Origin: Candidatus Woesebacteria bacterium GW2011_GWF1_31_35
GTDB lineage: Bacteria; Patescibacteriota; Microgenomatia; UBA8517
Direction: 5' to 3'
NCBI GenBank assembly: GCA_001029755.1
Contig: CP011214.1
Coordinates: 711,258-775,257, forward strand
Length of the DNA: 64,000 nt
The notes below the pieces were generated by a model. The model was not told where the DNA came from. It made no database searches and saw only the letters and a list, made by a program, of their open reading frames with translations. The position numbers and the translations under genes were made by a program. How positions within the stretch are numbered: the stretch's first letter is position 1; each line of letters opens with the position of its first letter. Positions 30,804-40,023 of the stretch are shown here, one piece after another.

Positions 30804-31642
30804 TTTTGTAATTTTTTAATTGATAAATTATCTGACAAATAATTATTTTTAGTAATTACACTTCTACCAAGTTCCTTCTCCGTCTTTTTTCTTGCATATC
30901 CAGCAACAGATCCACCACGATTTGCGACTTTTTTGTTTTGAATAAACCCCTTTGGTTTTTCAGTTGTTGAAATTTCAGTAGTTACTCGTTCCCCAAGCAT
31001 GGTAAAAATTAATTCTAGATCTGTCATATTATCTCTTAAGTTAATTTTTGTTTTATTTGGTATATTTTTAAGTTTTCTATATTCACTAGGGGTAATACCA
31101 AATGTAGCTTTTGATATTTCCGCTGTCAGAATTGCATAATCTAACTTATTTTTAATACCTCTCTCTTTCCATTCATCAGTTAAATTTTGACGAATTGCCA
31201 TTCCCCTTAAACGTTTATCTATCCAATCTTTGGGATACCCTTTTTGTTCATAAATACTTTTCATTCTTTCCTGTGCAAGCTCAGGATCTTCAATTTCCTG
31301 AATACGATCATTACCCACACTTGCTAACCACCGTTTGAAAGGCTCTGCATTTGGAGACGGAATTGATTGAATTATTCGAAATAAACCTTCAGTATCTGAA
31401 CAATCAGTCATCCTCATTTTATTATCATCGGCTTTTAACTTGAACTGTCGACAAATTGTCGATAGTTGTGCACCATCATTACTATTCATCCTAATTTTCA
31501 TCTTAAACCAATAATCACTTGAATCTGTACTTTTTGTTAAAATCGAAACCACATCAATAACAGAAAAATACCACTCATTTTTGTACCATTTTCGTCTTAT
31601 TTGTTTATTTTGAAAAATTACTAGACTACTATTTCTCTTCAT
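30800..31642 (-). CDS. Bro-N domain (antirepressor-like) protein
   Basis: F....IR..W...WYFSVIDV, YW..MK, RIIQSIPSPNAEPFK.WLA..G..R..EI.DPEL, NLRDNMTDLELIF. Confidence 0.85.
   Translation of the reverse strand: MKRNSSLVIFQNKQIRRKWYKNEWYFSVIDVVSILTKSTDSSDYWFKMKIRMNSNDGAQLSTICRQFKLKADDNKMRMTDCSDTEGLFRIIQSIPSPNAEPFKRWLASVGNDRIQEIEDPELAQERMKSIYEQKGYPKDWIDKRLRGMAIRQNLTDEWKERGIKNKLDYAILTAEISKATFGITPSEYRKLKNIPNKTKINLRDNMTDLELIFTMLGERVTTEISTTEKPKGFIQNKKVANRGGSVAGYARKKTEKELGRSVITKNNYLSDNLSIKKLQK
31443..31467. repeat. Intragenic inverted repeat AACTGTCGACAA-A-TTGTCGATAGTT
   Basis: 11 of 12 arm positions complementary around centre 31455. Confidence 0.9.
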
Positions 31643-33774
31643 ATATTAATGTATTGTACTTCAGGTTCTAACTTTATTTTAAATTTATTATAAACATCAT
31701 TAGTAATTTCATCTGCTAATTTTTTAATATCATTAAAATTACCTTTACCTTCTGGATTTGTTAAAATCAAGGCGTGTTTATCTGAAACTTTTACGTTTCC
31801 CAATCTTTTTCCTTTCCAACCCGCTTTTTCTATTAAGTAACCTGCAGGAATTTTAAAGCTATTTTCAAATGAGTAAAATTTTATATCTTTATACATTTTC
31901 ACAAGTTCATTTTTTTTACTCAAATTAACTATTGGATTTTTAAAAAATGATCCTGCATTAGGAATTATGTCTGGATTTTCTAATTTTTCAGATCTTACTC
32001 TCAATATCTCATTTCTAATATTTTGTAATTTTAAATCAGTATCTACGTATTTTTGAAGTTTAAGTGTTACATTAGTAATAATAAACTTTTGAGAATTGTC
32101 TTTTTTCTTAAAAATACTTTCTCTATAGCCAAATCTACAATCATCTTTTTTAAATACTATAAATTTATCATTTTTAATATCATATGCAGTTAACTTAAAG
32201 AGAATATCTTTTAATTCTTGTCCATATGCTCCTATGTTTTGAATAGGAGAAGCTCCGACTGTACCAGGAATACCTGAAAGGCATTCTAATCCTTGTAAGT
32301 TTTTACTAACGGAAGTTTCAACTAATTTATCCCAAATTACGCCCGCCTCTGCTATTATTTTTGATCCGTCAACTTTTATACTATCTCCTACATATTTAAT
32401 AACTAAGCCATTAAAATCATTGTCCGATACCAAAATATCACTTCCTCCCCCTATTATAAAAATTGGTAAACTATTTTTCTTTGCAAACTTAATTTGTTTG
32501 ACCAATTCTTCTTTATTATTAACCTCTTTATAATATTTAATCTTTCCACCTACTTTCATTGTGGTTAAATCCTTAAATGAAATATTACCTTTCAAACTTT
32601 CTAGTATTTCTTTAGCCCAAAGATTACTATTTCCAGCTCCCATTACTAAAATAATATCTCCAGGTTTAATATCTTTTTTAATTATTCCTATAATTTCATC
32701 TATTGAATTAACTCCTATCGCATCTTTATGATTAGTTTCTTTTGCTACAATCTTGGGTGTTATCCCAAATGTTTTATTATCTCGTGCTTTAAAAATAGGA
32801 CCAATAATTACTTTGTCAGCTTTTTCAAAACAACTATTATATAGTTTGAATAAAGCATTGGTTCTATTAAAACCATGTGGCTCAACAATTGCCCATATTT
32901 TAGTTTTTGAATTAGCATTTTTTAAAGCTTCTAAAGTTGCTGTAATTGCGGTTGGATGATGTGCATAATCGTCATACACTTTAATTCTATTTTCCTCTCC
33001 AATTAATTCCAATCTTCTTTTAATACCTTTAAAATTTTCAAGAGAATTAATGATATTTTCTTCAGAAATATTTAATTTTTTACCTAAACAAAAAACCATA
33101 TTAGCATTTTTTTGATTATGTTCACCTAAGACTTTTAAATTAAATTTTTTATTAAAACTATCTTTTTGAGTAATTAATACTTTATCTCCTGTTAAATTAT
33201 TAATAAACTTATCAAAACTTTCTCTAAGCTGTTTTACATCTTTAAAATAATCTGGATGATCAAACTCTATATTATTAATAATTGCAATTTTAGGATAATA
33301 ATTTAGAAAATTATCATTAAACTCGTCTGCTTCTACAACAAAATATTTTCCTTTACCAAATCTATAATTTGCCTTCCATTCTGGAATATTTGCTCCTAGT
33401 ATTACTATTGGGTCAAAACCATTATCTTCAAGAAGTTTTCCTACCATTGCAGTTGTTGTTGATTTCCCATGAGTTCCTGCAATTGCAATAACAAACTTAT
33501 CCTTCATTAAATATTTACCCAAAAATTCCTGCCAAGTTATAACTATTCCCCTTTTTCTACCTTCTATTAATTCTGGATTATTTAAACTTTGGTAAAAAAC
33601 AGCAGGGGTAACAATAAGTAAATCAATATCCTTCAAATGATCTTTACTATGACCTTCTTTTTGTAAATCACAGCCTGTAACTTTATAGCCCATTTTAGAA
33701 GCTAAGGAAGCAACACCTGAAACACCACTTCCCGAAATTCCCATGAAATGAATCTTTTTAATTATTTTTTTCAT
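31639..33774 (-). CDS. murC: MurC-MurB fusion protein
   Basis: N-terminal HFMGISGSG, GTHGKSTT, VEADE, DDYAHHP; C-terminal TTMKVGG, GGGSD, IPGTVGA, FGYRES, NAGSFFKNP, LEPEV. Confidence 0.93.
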   Translation of the reverse strand: MKKIIKKIHFMGISGSGVSGVASLASKMGYKVTGCDLQKEGHSKDHLKDIDLLIVTPAVFYQSLNNPELIEGRKRGIVITWQEFLGKYLMKDKFVIAIAGTHGKSTTTAMVGKLLEDNGFDPIVILGANIPEWKANYRFGKGKYFVVEADEFNDNFLNYYPKIAIINNIEFDHPDYFKDVKQLRESFDKFINNLTGDKVLITQKDSFNKKFNLKVLGEHNQKNANMVFCLGKKLNISEENIINSLENFKGIKRRLELIGEENRIKVYDDYAHHPTAITATLEALKNANSKTKIWAIVEPHGFNRTNALFKLYNSCFEKADKVIIGPIFKARDNKTFGITPKIVAKETNHKDAIGVNSIDEIIGIIKKDIKPGDIILVMGAGNSNLWAKEILESLKGNISFKDLTTMKVGGKIKYYKEVNNKEELVKQIKFAKKNSLPIFIIGGGSDILVSDNDFNGLVIKYVGDSIKVDGSKIIAEAGVIWDKLVETSVSKNLQGLECLSGIPGTVGASPIQNIGAYGQELKDILFKLTAYDIKNDKFIVFKKDDCRFGYRESIFKKKDNSQKFIITNVTLKLQKYVDTDLKLQNIRNEILRVRSEKLENPDIIPNAGSFFKNPIVNLSKKNELVKMYKDIKFYSFENSFKIPAGYLIEKAGWKGKRLGNVKVSDKHALILTNPEGKGNFNDIKKLADEITNDVYNKFKIKLEPEVQYINI

Positions 33775-34775
33775 TTAAGTTTTAGAATTGTATTTGCTAA
33801 TTTAAATGGATCATGTCTAAATAAATGTTCGTTTTTTAGATATCTTGATACGTTTTCATTTATTATTTTCATATTGGGAGCTATTTTTTTGCATTTTTCC
33901 TTATCTACTATTACCAAGTTTTGACCTTCTTCTTTATAAACCTTAAGGATCTCTTTGTCTAAATGATTTTTATTAACTATTAAATAATCGATAGCTTTAT
34001 TATTACCTAAATAAAAAAGAAATGATTTCAAAAAATCTGAAGCTTTGAAATTATCTGTTTCTCCTTCTTTTGTGGCTAAATTTAACACAATGATCAACTT
34101 AGCTTTTGATTTAATTATTGCTTCAGTTACACCTTCAACTAATAAATGAGGCAGGATACTTGTATAAAGATCTCCTGGAGAAAATACAATTTTATCTGCA
34201 TCTTTAATTGCATTTAAAACATCTTCATTGCTATCCACTCTTGAATCAAAATAAATTCTTATAATTCTGTCATTTGGATCAAAATTTTTATCTTTAACTC
34301 TTGTGTCAATGTTTTTTTCTCCAATTACAATATTACCTTTTTTGGTTTCTGCAACAAGTTGAACATTCGTTATAGTTGCGGGTACAATTTTAGCCATAAT
34401 TCTAAAAAGTTCTCTTTCCGCTACTATTCCCCTGTCTTGACCTGAATAAATATGATCTAATCTTGCTGTTATTAAATTACCAATTGAATGACCTTTTAAA
34501 GGTCCAGATGATTCTTCTAACCTATCATCAAAAAGTCTTTGAGCTACTTTTCTTTGATTTTCATCTTCCATTAAGGCAAGCATACAACGCCTTAAATCTC
34601 CAGGAGGCAAAACTCCCAATTCTGTTCTTAATCTTCCAGAGCTACCACCACTATCCCAAGTACTAGCAACAGCTGTTATTAATTTTGTTTCGTTTAAATC
34701 TCTAAGTCCATCAAGAAGATGAAATTGACCAGTACCACCTCCAAAAGTAACTATTTTCTGTTTATATTTAGCCAT
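33771..34775 (-). CDS. yvcK: YvcK/GlmR family (UDP-GlcNAc-binding) protein
   Basis: FGGGTG, DSGGSSGRLR, PPGD.R, GHS.GN, PGDLYTSILP.L, GET, RHD. Confidence 0.9.
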   Translation of the reverse strand: MAKYKQKIVTFGGGTGQFHLLDGLRDLNETKLITAVASTWDSGGSSGRLRTELGVLPPGDLRRCMLALMEDENQRKVAQRLFDDRLEESSGPLKGHSIGNLITARLDHIYSGQDRGIVAERELFRIMAKIVPATITNVQLVAETKKGNIVIGEKNIDTRVKDKNFDPNDRIIRIYFDSRVDSNEDVLNAIKDADKIVFSPGDLYTSILPHLLVEGVTEAIIKSKAKLIIVLNLATKEGETDNFKASDFLKSFLFYLGNNKAIDYLIVNKNHLDKEILKVYKEEGQNLVIVDKEKCKKIAPNMKIINENVSRYLKNEHLFRHDPFKLANTILKLK

Positions 34776-36723
34776 TTATTCTTTTACTCATTTTTCTTTC
34801 TGCATTTTGTAATTGCTCTGGCGTATTAATTCCCTGCCATTCATTTGCATCAGGTAATTTATAAACCGAAACTTTTTGATTTTGGCTTAAAGCAAACTTA
34901 ATCAAATCAGTTAAATAATATTCTCCTGTCACAGGACTTTTGTTAATCTTATTAATATTTTTTCTTAACCAGTTAGATTTAAAAACATAAAGACCATCAT
35001 TTACTTCTTTTACCTTTTTTTGAGATTCATTTGCATCTTTTTCTTCAATAATTCCAATTAAATTATCATTTTTATCCCTAATAACTCTTCCTAATCCAAA
35101 TGGATTTTCTTGAATTAAACTCACGAATGTTAAAGAAGCATTTGAGTTTTTATGTGTTTCAATAACATTTTTGATTGTGGCTGGCTTATAAAAAGCACTA
35201 TCATCACCATATATTACTAAAATATCAATATATTTTAAATCTATTTTCTTTAAAGCTTTTAAAACAGAATTACCCGTGCCTAGAGTAGTTTCTTGAATAG
35301 CGTAATTGCATTCTTTCGATATTTCTCTTAATACTAAATTCCTTTTATATCCAACAACGGGAACTAAATTAATAACCCCTGCATTTCTTAAGTTTTCCAT
35401 CGAATATGAAATCATTGGTCTATCACAAATATTATGTAGAACTTTCGGCAAATCTGACTTCATCCTTGTTCCTCGACCTGCTGCAAGGATAACTCCAGCC
35501 AAATCTTTATAACCATTCAAAATATTTTTGACAAACTTTTGATCACTCCAAGGATGTTCAAAACCCCCATAAGCCATAGTTATTTCATGACCTTTTCCAC
35601 AAAAAACTAATGCATCTCCTTTTTTGGCAATCCTAATAGCATATGAAATTGCTTCACCACGTTCAGGAATACAGATATAATTTTTTGCATACTTTTTCAT
35701 TTGTTTTAAAATATCAAAGATATTTTCACTTCGAGGATCTTCTGCGGTTAAAATTGAAATGTCAGCAATTTCACCTGAAATCTTACCCATTTTAGATCTC
35801 TTTTTAATATCTCTTTCTCCAGCGCATCCAAATACTGAAATTAACCTCCCTTTGGTAATAGTTTTTAAATAACCTAAAACTGCTTCTAAAGAATCAGGTG
35901 TGTGAGCAAAATCAACAAAAATTTTAATACCAAGAGAATTTTCTATTTCTTCAAGTCTTCCGATTGGAAGTTTAAATGAATTAAGTGCGTTTTTAGATTC
36001 TTTTTCAGAAATCCCAAGTTTTTCACATACTTCAATTGCTGTCTGGGCATTTATATTATTAAAATCACCTTCCAATATTTTTAACTTTGTAGACTTTGGA
36101 CTAATAATTTGAATTTTGCAGGATTTTAAAAATGACATCTTAGTATTTTTATAATTTTTAAAAGTTTTATGATAATCAAGGTGTTCCGGAGCAATGTTAG
36201 TTAATACCCCAATGTCAAACTTGATTCCTGCAATCCTGCCTTGTTCAATTCCATGTGATGAAACTTCTAAAATTACATAATTAAATCCTTTATCAACAAA
36301 ACCCTTTAACATTTTATTTAAGGTAATTACGTCAGGAGTAGTGACATGATATCCAGGAACTGAAATAGAACTTATAAGCCCTGCCTTTTTACCTAATTTA
36401 GTTAAAATATGGTAGATTAAATGACAGGTTGTTGTCTTTCCTTTGGTTCCAGTTACTCCAATTATGGTTAATTTACTTGAAGGATTTTTGTAATATTCTG
36501 AGGCTAATTCTCCTAATTTTTCTCTCGAATTTGAAACTTTTATATAATTTACACCAGAAGCTATTTTGATATTCTCTCCGCTATGATATTCAGTTTCGCC
36601 ATAAATAATTTTTGCCCCGTTTTTAATAGCCTCATCTATATGATCATGTCCATCAGAAATTTGGCCTTTAATTGCTACAAATGTATCCCCAGATTTTATC
36701 AACCTTGAATCAAATGAAATCAT
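34768..36723 (-). CDS. murE: MurE fused to a GlmU-type uridylyltransferase domain
   Basis: DSR, GVTGTKGKTTT, EVSSHG, EHLDYH, VDFAHTPD, EDPR, GKGHE; then LAAGRGTRMKS..PKVLH, GTG, YGD, GEYYLTD, GIN. Confidence 0.92.
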   Translation of the reverse strand: MISFDSRLIKSGDTFVAIKGQISDGHDHIDEAIKNGAKIIYGETEYHSGENIKIASGVNYIKVSNSREKLGELASEYYKNPSSKLTIIGVTGTKGKTTTCHLIYHILTKLGKKAGLISSISVPGYHVTTPDVITLNKMLKGFVDKGFNYVILEVSSHGIEQGRIAGIKFDIGVLTNIAPEHLDYHKTFKNYKNTKMSFLKSCKIQIISPKSTKLKILEGDFNNINAQTAIEVCEKLGISEKESKNALNSFKLPIGRLEEIENSLGIKIFVDFAHTPDSLEAVLGYLKTITKGRLISVFGCAGERDIKKRSKMGKISGEIADISILTAEDPRSENIFDILKQMKKYAKNYICIPERGEAISYAIRIAKKGDALVFCGKGHEITMAYGGFEHPWSDQKFVKNILNGYKDLAGVILAAGRGTRMKSDLPKVLHNICDRPMISYSMENLRNAGVINLVPVVGYKRNLVLREISKECNYAIQETTLGTGNSVLKALKKIDLKYIDILVIYGDDSAFYKPATIKNVIETHKNSNASLTFVSLIQENPFGLGRVIRDKNDNLIGIIEEKDANESQKKVKEVNDGLYVFKSNWLRKNINKINKSPVTGEYYLTDLIKFALSQNQKVSVYKLPDANEWQGINTPEQLQNAERKMSKRING

Positions 36724-36726
36724 ATT

Positions 36727-37980
36727 TTAATCTTCTCTTTTAATGGAAGCTCCAAGAGAAGTCAAGCGGTTTTGGATATCTTCGTAACCTCTATTTACTA
36801 CTTCTACATTTTCAATTGTACTAGTTCCTTCAGCTACCATGGCTGCTAGTATTACTGAAATTCCAGCTCTTATATCTTTACAAAAGAGTCTGTCTGAAAT
36901 TAATTTTGTAGGACCTGACACAATTACCCTATGAGGATCAGCAATTAAAATATTAGCTCCCATTCCTATTAAATCATCTACAAAAAACATTCTCCATTCA
37001 TACATCCAATCGTGACATAGAATTGTACCTTCAGTTTGTGTGGCAAGAACTATAAACGGACTCATTAAATCTGTTGGAAACCCTGGCCATGGACGGGTTT
37101 GAAACTTTCTTCTTTGGGCTTTTAATTTTGAAGGTAGAATAACTAAACTTTCTTTTTCAATCTCATATTTAATACCCATATTACCTAGATAATTTAGAAT
37201 CATATGATAATTATTTATATTAAAATCATTAATTTTTACTTTCCCTCCAGTTATTGCTGAAGCTATTGCAAATGTACCACCTTCAATGTGATCAGGCATT
37301 ACTTTATGTTCAGCTCCATGTAAGTTTCCTCCAGAGCAAACTAAAGTATTAGTTCCAATTCCTGAAATTTTAGCTCCCATCTTACACAAAAACTTGGCCA
37401 AATCTTCTACATGAGGTTCTGCTGCTGCATCCTCAATTATTACCTCTTCATTCATTGAAGATGCCATAATAAGTCCCATTTCAGTCGCTGTAACCGAAGC
37501 TTCTTCTAAAAATACTCTACCAGATAATCTTTTATCCCAAGAAAGATAAAACTTTCCATCTTTTCTTTCAAAATTTACCCCCAGTTTTTGCATTAAATTA
37601 AAATGGGTATCAAGAAGTCTATCTCCTATTTGATCCCCCCCAGGAGGAGTTATTACTGCCCTTCCGAAACGAACTAAAAGCGGAGCTGCTAAAACCACAG
37701 ACGCGCGAAGTTTGGCACATAAATCAGAATCTGGTTCAAATGAATTTAATCCCGATGGATCAATTTCAACCACATTTTTCTCAAAAGTAACTTTTGCTCC
37801 CAATTTTTCAATAATTTGCAAAATTACTCTAACATCTGAAATATCAGGAACATTAGTTAAAACAGATTTTTCTGTTGAGGCTAAACAGGCAGGGATAAGT
37901 TTAAGTGCAGAATTTTTGTTTCCAGAAAGTTTTATTTCACCTTCTAGTTTATTTCCTCCTTTAATTAAAAACTTTGCCAT
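36727..37980 (-). CDS. murA: UDP-GlcNAc enolpyruvyl transferase, Asp-type active site
   Basis: SGNKNSAL, LRAS, PGGDQIGDR, SVTATE, PGFPTD, DIRAG, RGYE; ATG 37980 preferred. Confidence 0.95.
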   Translation of the reverse strand: MAKFLIKGGNKLEGEIKLSGNKNSALKLIPACLASTEKSVLTNVPDISDVRVILQIIEKLGAKVTFEKNVVEIDPSGLNSFEPDSDLCAKLRASVVLAAPLLVRFGRAVITPPGGDQIGDRLLDTHFNLMQKLGVNFERKDGKFYLSWDKRLSGRVFLEEASVTATEMGLIMASSMNEEVIIEDAAAEPHVEDLAKFLCKMGAKISGIGTNTLVCSGGNLHGAEHKVMPDHIEGGTFAIASAITGGKVKINDFNINNYHMILNYLGNMGIKYEIEKESLVILPSKLKAQRRKFQTRPWPGFPTDLMSPFIVLATQTEGTILCHDWMYEWRMFFVDDLIGMGANILIADPHRVIVSGPTKLISDRLFCKDIRAGISVILAAMVAEGTSTIENVEVVNRGYEDIQNRLTSLGASIKRED

Positions 37981-37996
37981 GTAAGTAATATTATAC

Positions 37997-39664
37997 CTAA
38001 TTTTCAGGCTGAATGCCAAAATAGTTAAAAAGATCCTTTGCAATCGAATACCAAAGAGGAGCCGCGGTTTCTGAAGCCCACTGAGAACTTTGTGGCTCTT
38101 TTAAAGTCACCAGCATAATAAATTTAGGATTATTAGCTGGAGCAAAACCTACAAAGCTAGCAATTGTTTTTTCAGCATCATAATGACCAGAAATTGGAAT
38201 TTGAGCAGTTCCAGTTTTACCAGCAACACTAAACCCTTTTAAATTTGTCCATTTAGATTCTCCATAGGAAGCAGCATCAACCATTATTGCAGTCATTTTT
38301 TGAGAAGCATCTTCTGAAATAATTTTTTCTTTTGTAAATGAATTATTGTTTTCAACTACCTTAGGAGTTATTAGATATCCTCCATTGGCAATAACCGAGG
38401 CTGCTCGAATAATTTGAATCGGGGTTGTGGCAATTCCTTGTCCGAATGATGCTGTGACTAAATCTACAATATTCCACGTCCATTTTTTACGTAAAGAAAT
38501 ATTAGATTCTCCTTGTAAATCAATGTTTGTTGCTTTTCCAATTCCAAATTTATCCAAATAATCATAAAGTAAGTTATTTCCTAATTTTTGTGCAACAAAA
38601 CTCATTCCAACATTGTCTGAATGAACAATTACATCTCTCATTGTAGAATCTGGATAATATTTTTTATCCCACGTTTCAATAAAATATTTATCTACTTTTA
38701 AAGGACCTGTACATATATCACAAATTGTGTCGGGTTTTACTACCTTAGCATCAAGTGCAGCTGCCATAACTACAATTTTAAATACAGAACCAGGTTCAAA
38801 TGTATCAGAAATTACTGGATTCCTATAAAGAGAACCATCAAATTCATTATATTTCGCTGGATCATATGATGGATATGAACTCATTCCTAATATTTTTCCT
38901 GTAAAAGGATCCATCACTACAACAGATCCCTCTTTTGCCCCATACTTTTCAATCCCTTCTTTTAGTTTTTCCTCAATTGAATTTTGGATTCTTTTATCAA
39001 TAAAGGTAATAAGATCAGTTCCTGCCAAAGAAGTCATTTCAGAAACTCCACCAGAAAGAAGAGGAACGCCTCTTAAATCTTTTTCTCTTTGAATATAACC
39101 ACTTTTTCCAGAAAGCAGAATATCATAAAATCCCTCTAATCCAAAATAACCGGTATCGTTTCCCTCGTCATTTTTGCCTACAAAACCTAAAAGTTGTGCG
39201 GAAGAAGATCCTTCTGGATAATATCTATTTTCTTCAGTTTCAAAACCAAGCCCAGTAATTCTTAAGTTTTCAATTTTTTCTTTTATATCAGCAGTAATTT
39301 TATGTCTTATTGGAACCCAAACTACACCGTCCCTATTTAGTATTTTTTCTATCCTATCAATTTCAATAAGAATATCTTCTTGTGGAACTAAAAAAGGTGC
39401 AATTAAATTAGCAATTTCGTTTGTGGGTTTGGATAATTTAGGTAATTCCGCAAAAAGTAACCAGTTAGTGCGTGTTACAGCCAACCAAGTACCATCATTT
39501 GCATAAATGTTTCCTCTTGAAGCCTCAATTTTCTTTGAACCGGAGTATTGTAAACTTGCTTCCTGACTTAATTCTTTACCTTTAACTATTTGCCAATAAA
39601 ATAATCTAACTGAGACCGAAGCAAAAAATAGAAAAAATACAAAAGCAGCAATTTTAAGTCGCAT
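37997..39664 (-). CDS. ftsI: Class B PBP (FtsI)
   Basis: RG.I, RYYP, GLEG, EPGSVFK (SxxK), SDN, KTGTAQ. Confidence 0.92.
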   Translation of the reverse strand: MRLKIAAFVFFLFFASVSVRLFYWQIVKGKELSQEASLQYSGSKKIEASRGNIYANDGTWLAVTRTNWLLFAELPKLSKPTNEIANLIAPFLVPQEDILIEIDRIEKILNRDGVVWVPIRHKITADIKEKIENLRITGLGFETEENRYYPEGSSSAQLLGFVGKNDEGNDTGYFGLEGFYDILLSGKSGYIQREKDLRGVPLLSGGVSEMTSLAGTDLITFIDKRIQNSIEEKLKEGIEKYGAKEGSVVVMDPFTGKILGMSSYPSYDPAKYNEFDGSLYRNPVISDTFEPGSVFKIVVMAAALDAKVVKPDTICDICTGPLKVDKYFIETWDKKYYPDSTMRDVIVHSDNVGMSFVAQKLGNNLLYDYLDKFGIGKATNIDLQGESNISLRKKWTWNIVDLVTASFGQGIATTPIQIIRAASVIANGGYLITPKVVENNNSFTKEKIISEDASQKMTAIMVDAASYGESKWTNLKGFSVAGKTGTAQIPISGHYDAEKTIASFVGFAPANNPKFIMLVTLKEPQSSQWASETAAPLWYSIAKDLFNYFGIQPEN

Positions 39665-39696
39665 TTTAAATAATATAATCTTAGAAAATTTAAAAA

Positions 39697-39975
39697 TTAA
39701 CGAACAGGAAGTTTGGCAAAACCACTATCAACCGAAAAATAATAAACTCTAGTAGGTTTAGCAAAACCCAATTCTTGTGCAATTTTTTGATTACTCTTTT
39801 CAGAATTTTGACTAAATATCCCTTCCGAAAGATTCATCTTTTGTGTAGAAGCCGTCTCTAATTCATCTTCTAATTTCGCAATTTCAGCACCTCTTCCTGC
39901 CTGTTCTATTCCTAAGAATACTAAAGATGCAAAAAGTACTAAATTAATTCCTAATATTATTTTTAATTTTTTCAT
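39697..39975 (-). CDS. ftsL: FtsL-like protein
   Basis: TM plus coiled coil, AQELGF; lies between rsmH and ftsI. Confidence 0.6.
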   Translation of the reverse strand: MKKLKIILGINLVLFASLVFLGIEQAGRGAEIAKLEDELETASTQKMNLSEGIFSQNSEKSNQKIAQELGFAKPTRVYYFSVDSGFAKLPVR

Positions 39976-39987
39976 AATTTTTTATTT

Positions 39988-40023
39988 CAAGCCCTGCTTT
40001 TAATGTAATCACAAGCTCCGCTT
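39988..40023. repeat. Two CAAGC-N3-GCTT mini-palindromes, 24 bp apart
   Basis: CAAGCCCTGCTT (39988-39999) and CAAGCTCCGCTT (40012-40023). Confidence 0.7.

Noticed and set aside
30800-31642. Prophage suggested by the antirepressor-like gene
   Set aside because: Both neighbours are core mur genes; no structural, integrase or replication genes.
37635-37641. G7 tract in murA and A/T 8-mers elsewhere as phase-variation sites
   Set aside because: Tracts are short, frames are intact, and they are explained by Gly-Gly-Asp codons or AT richness.
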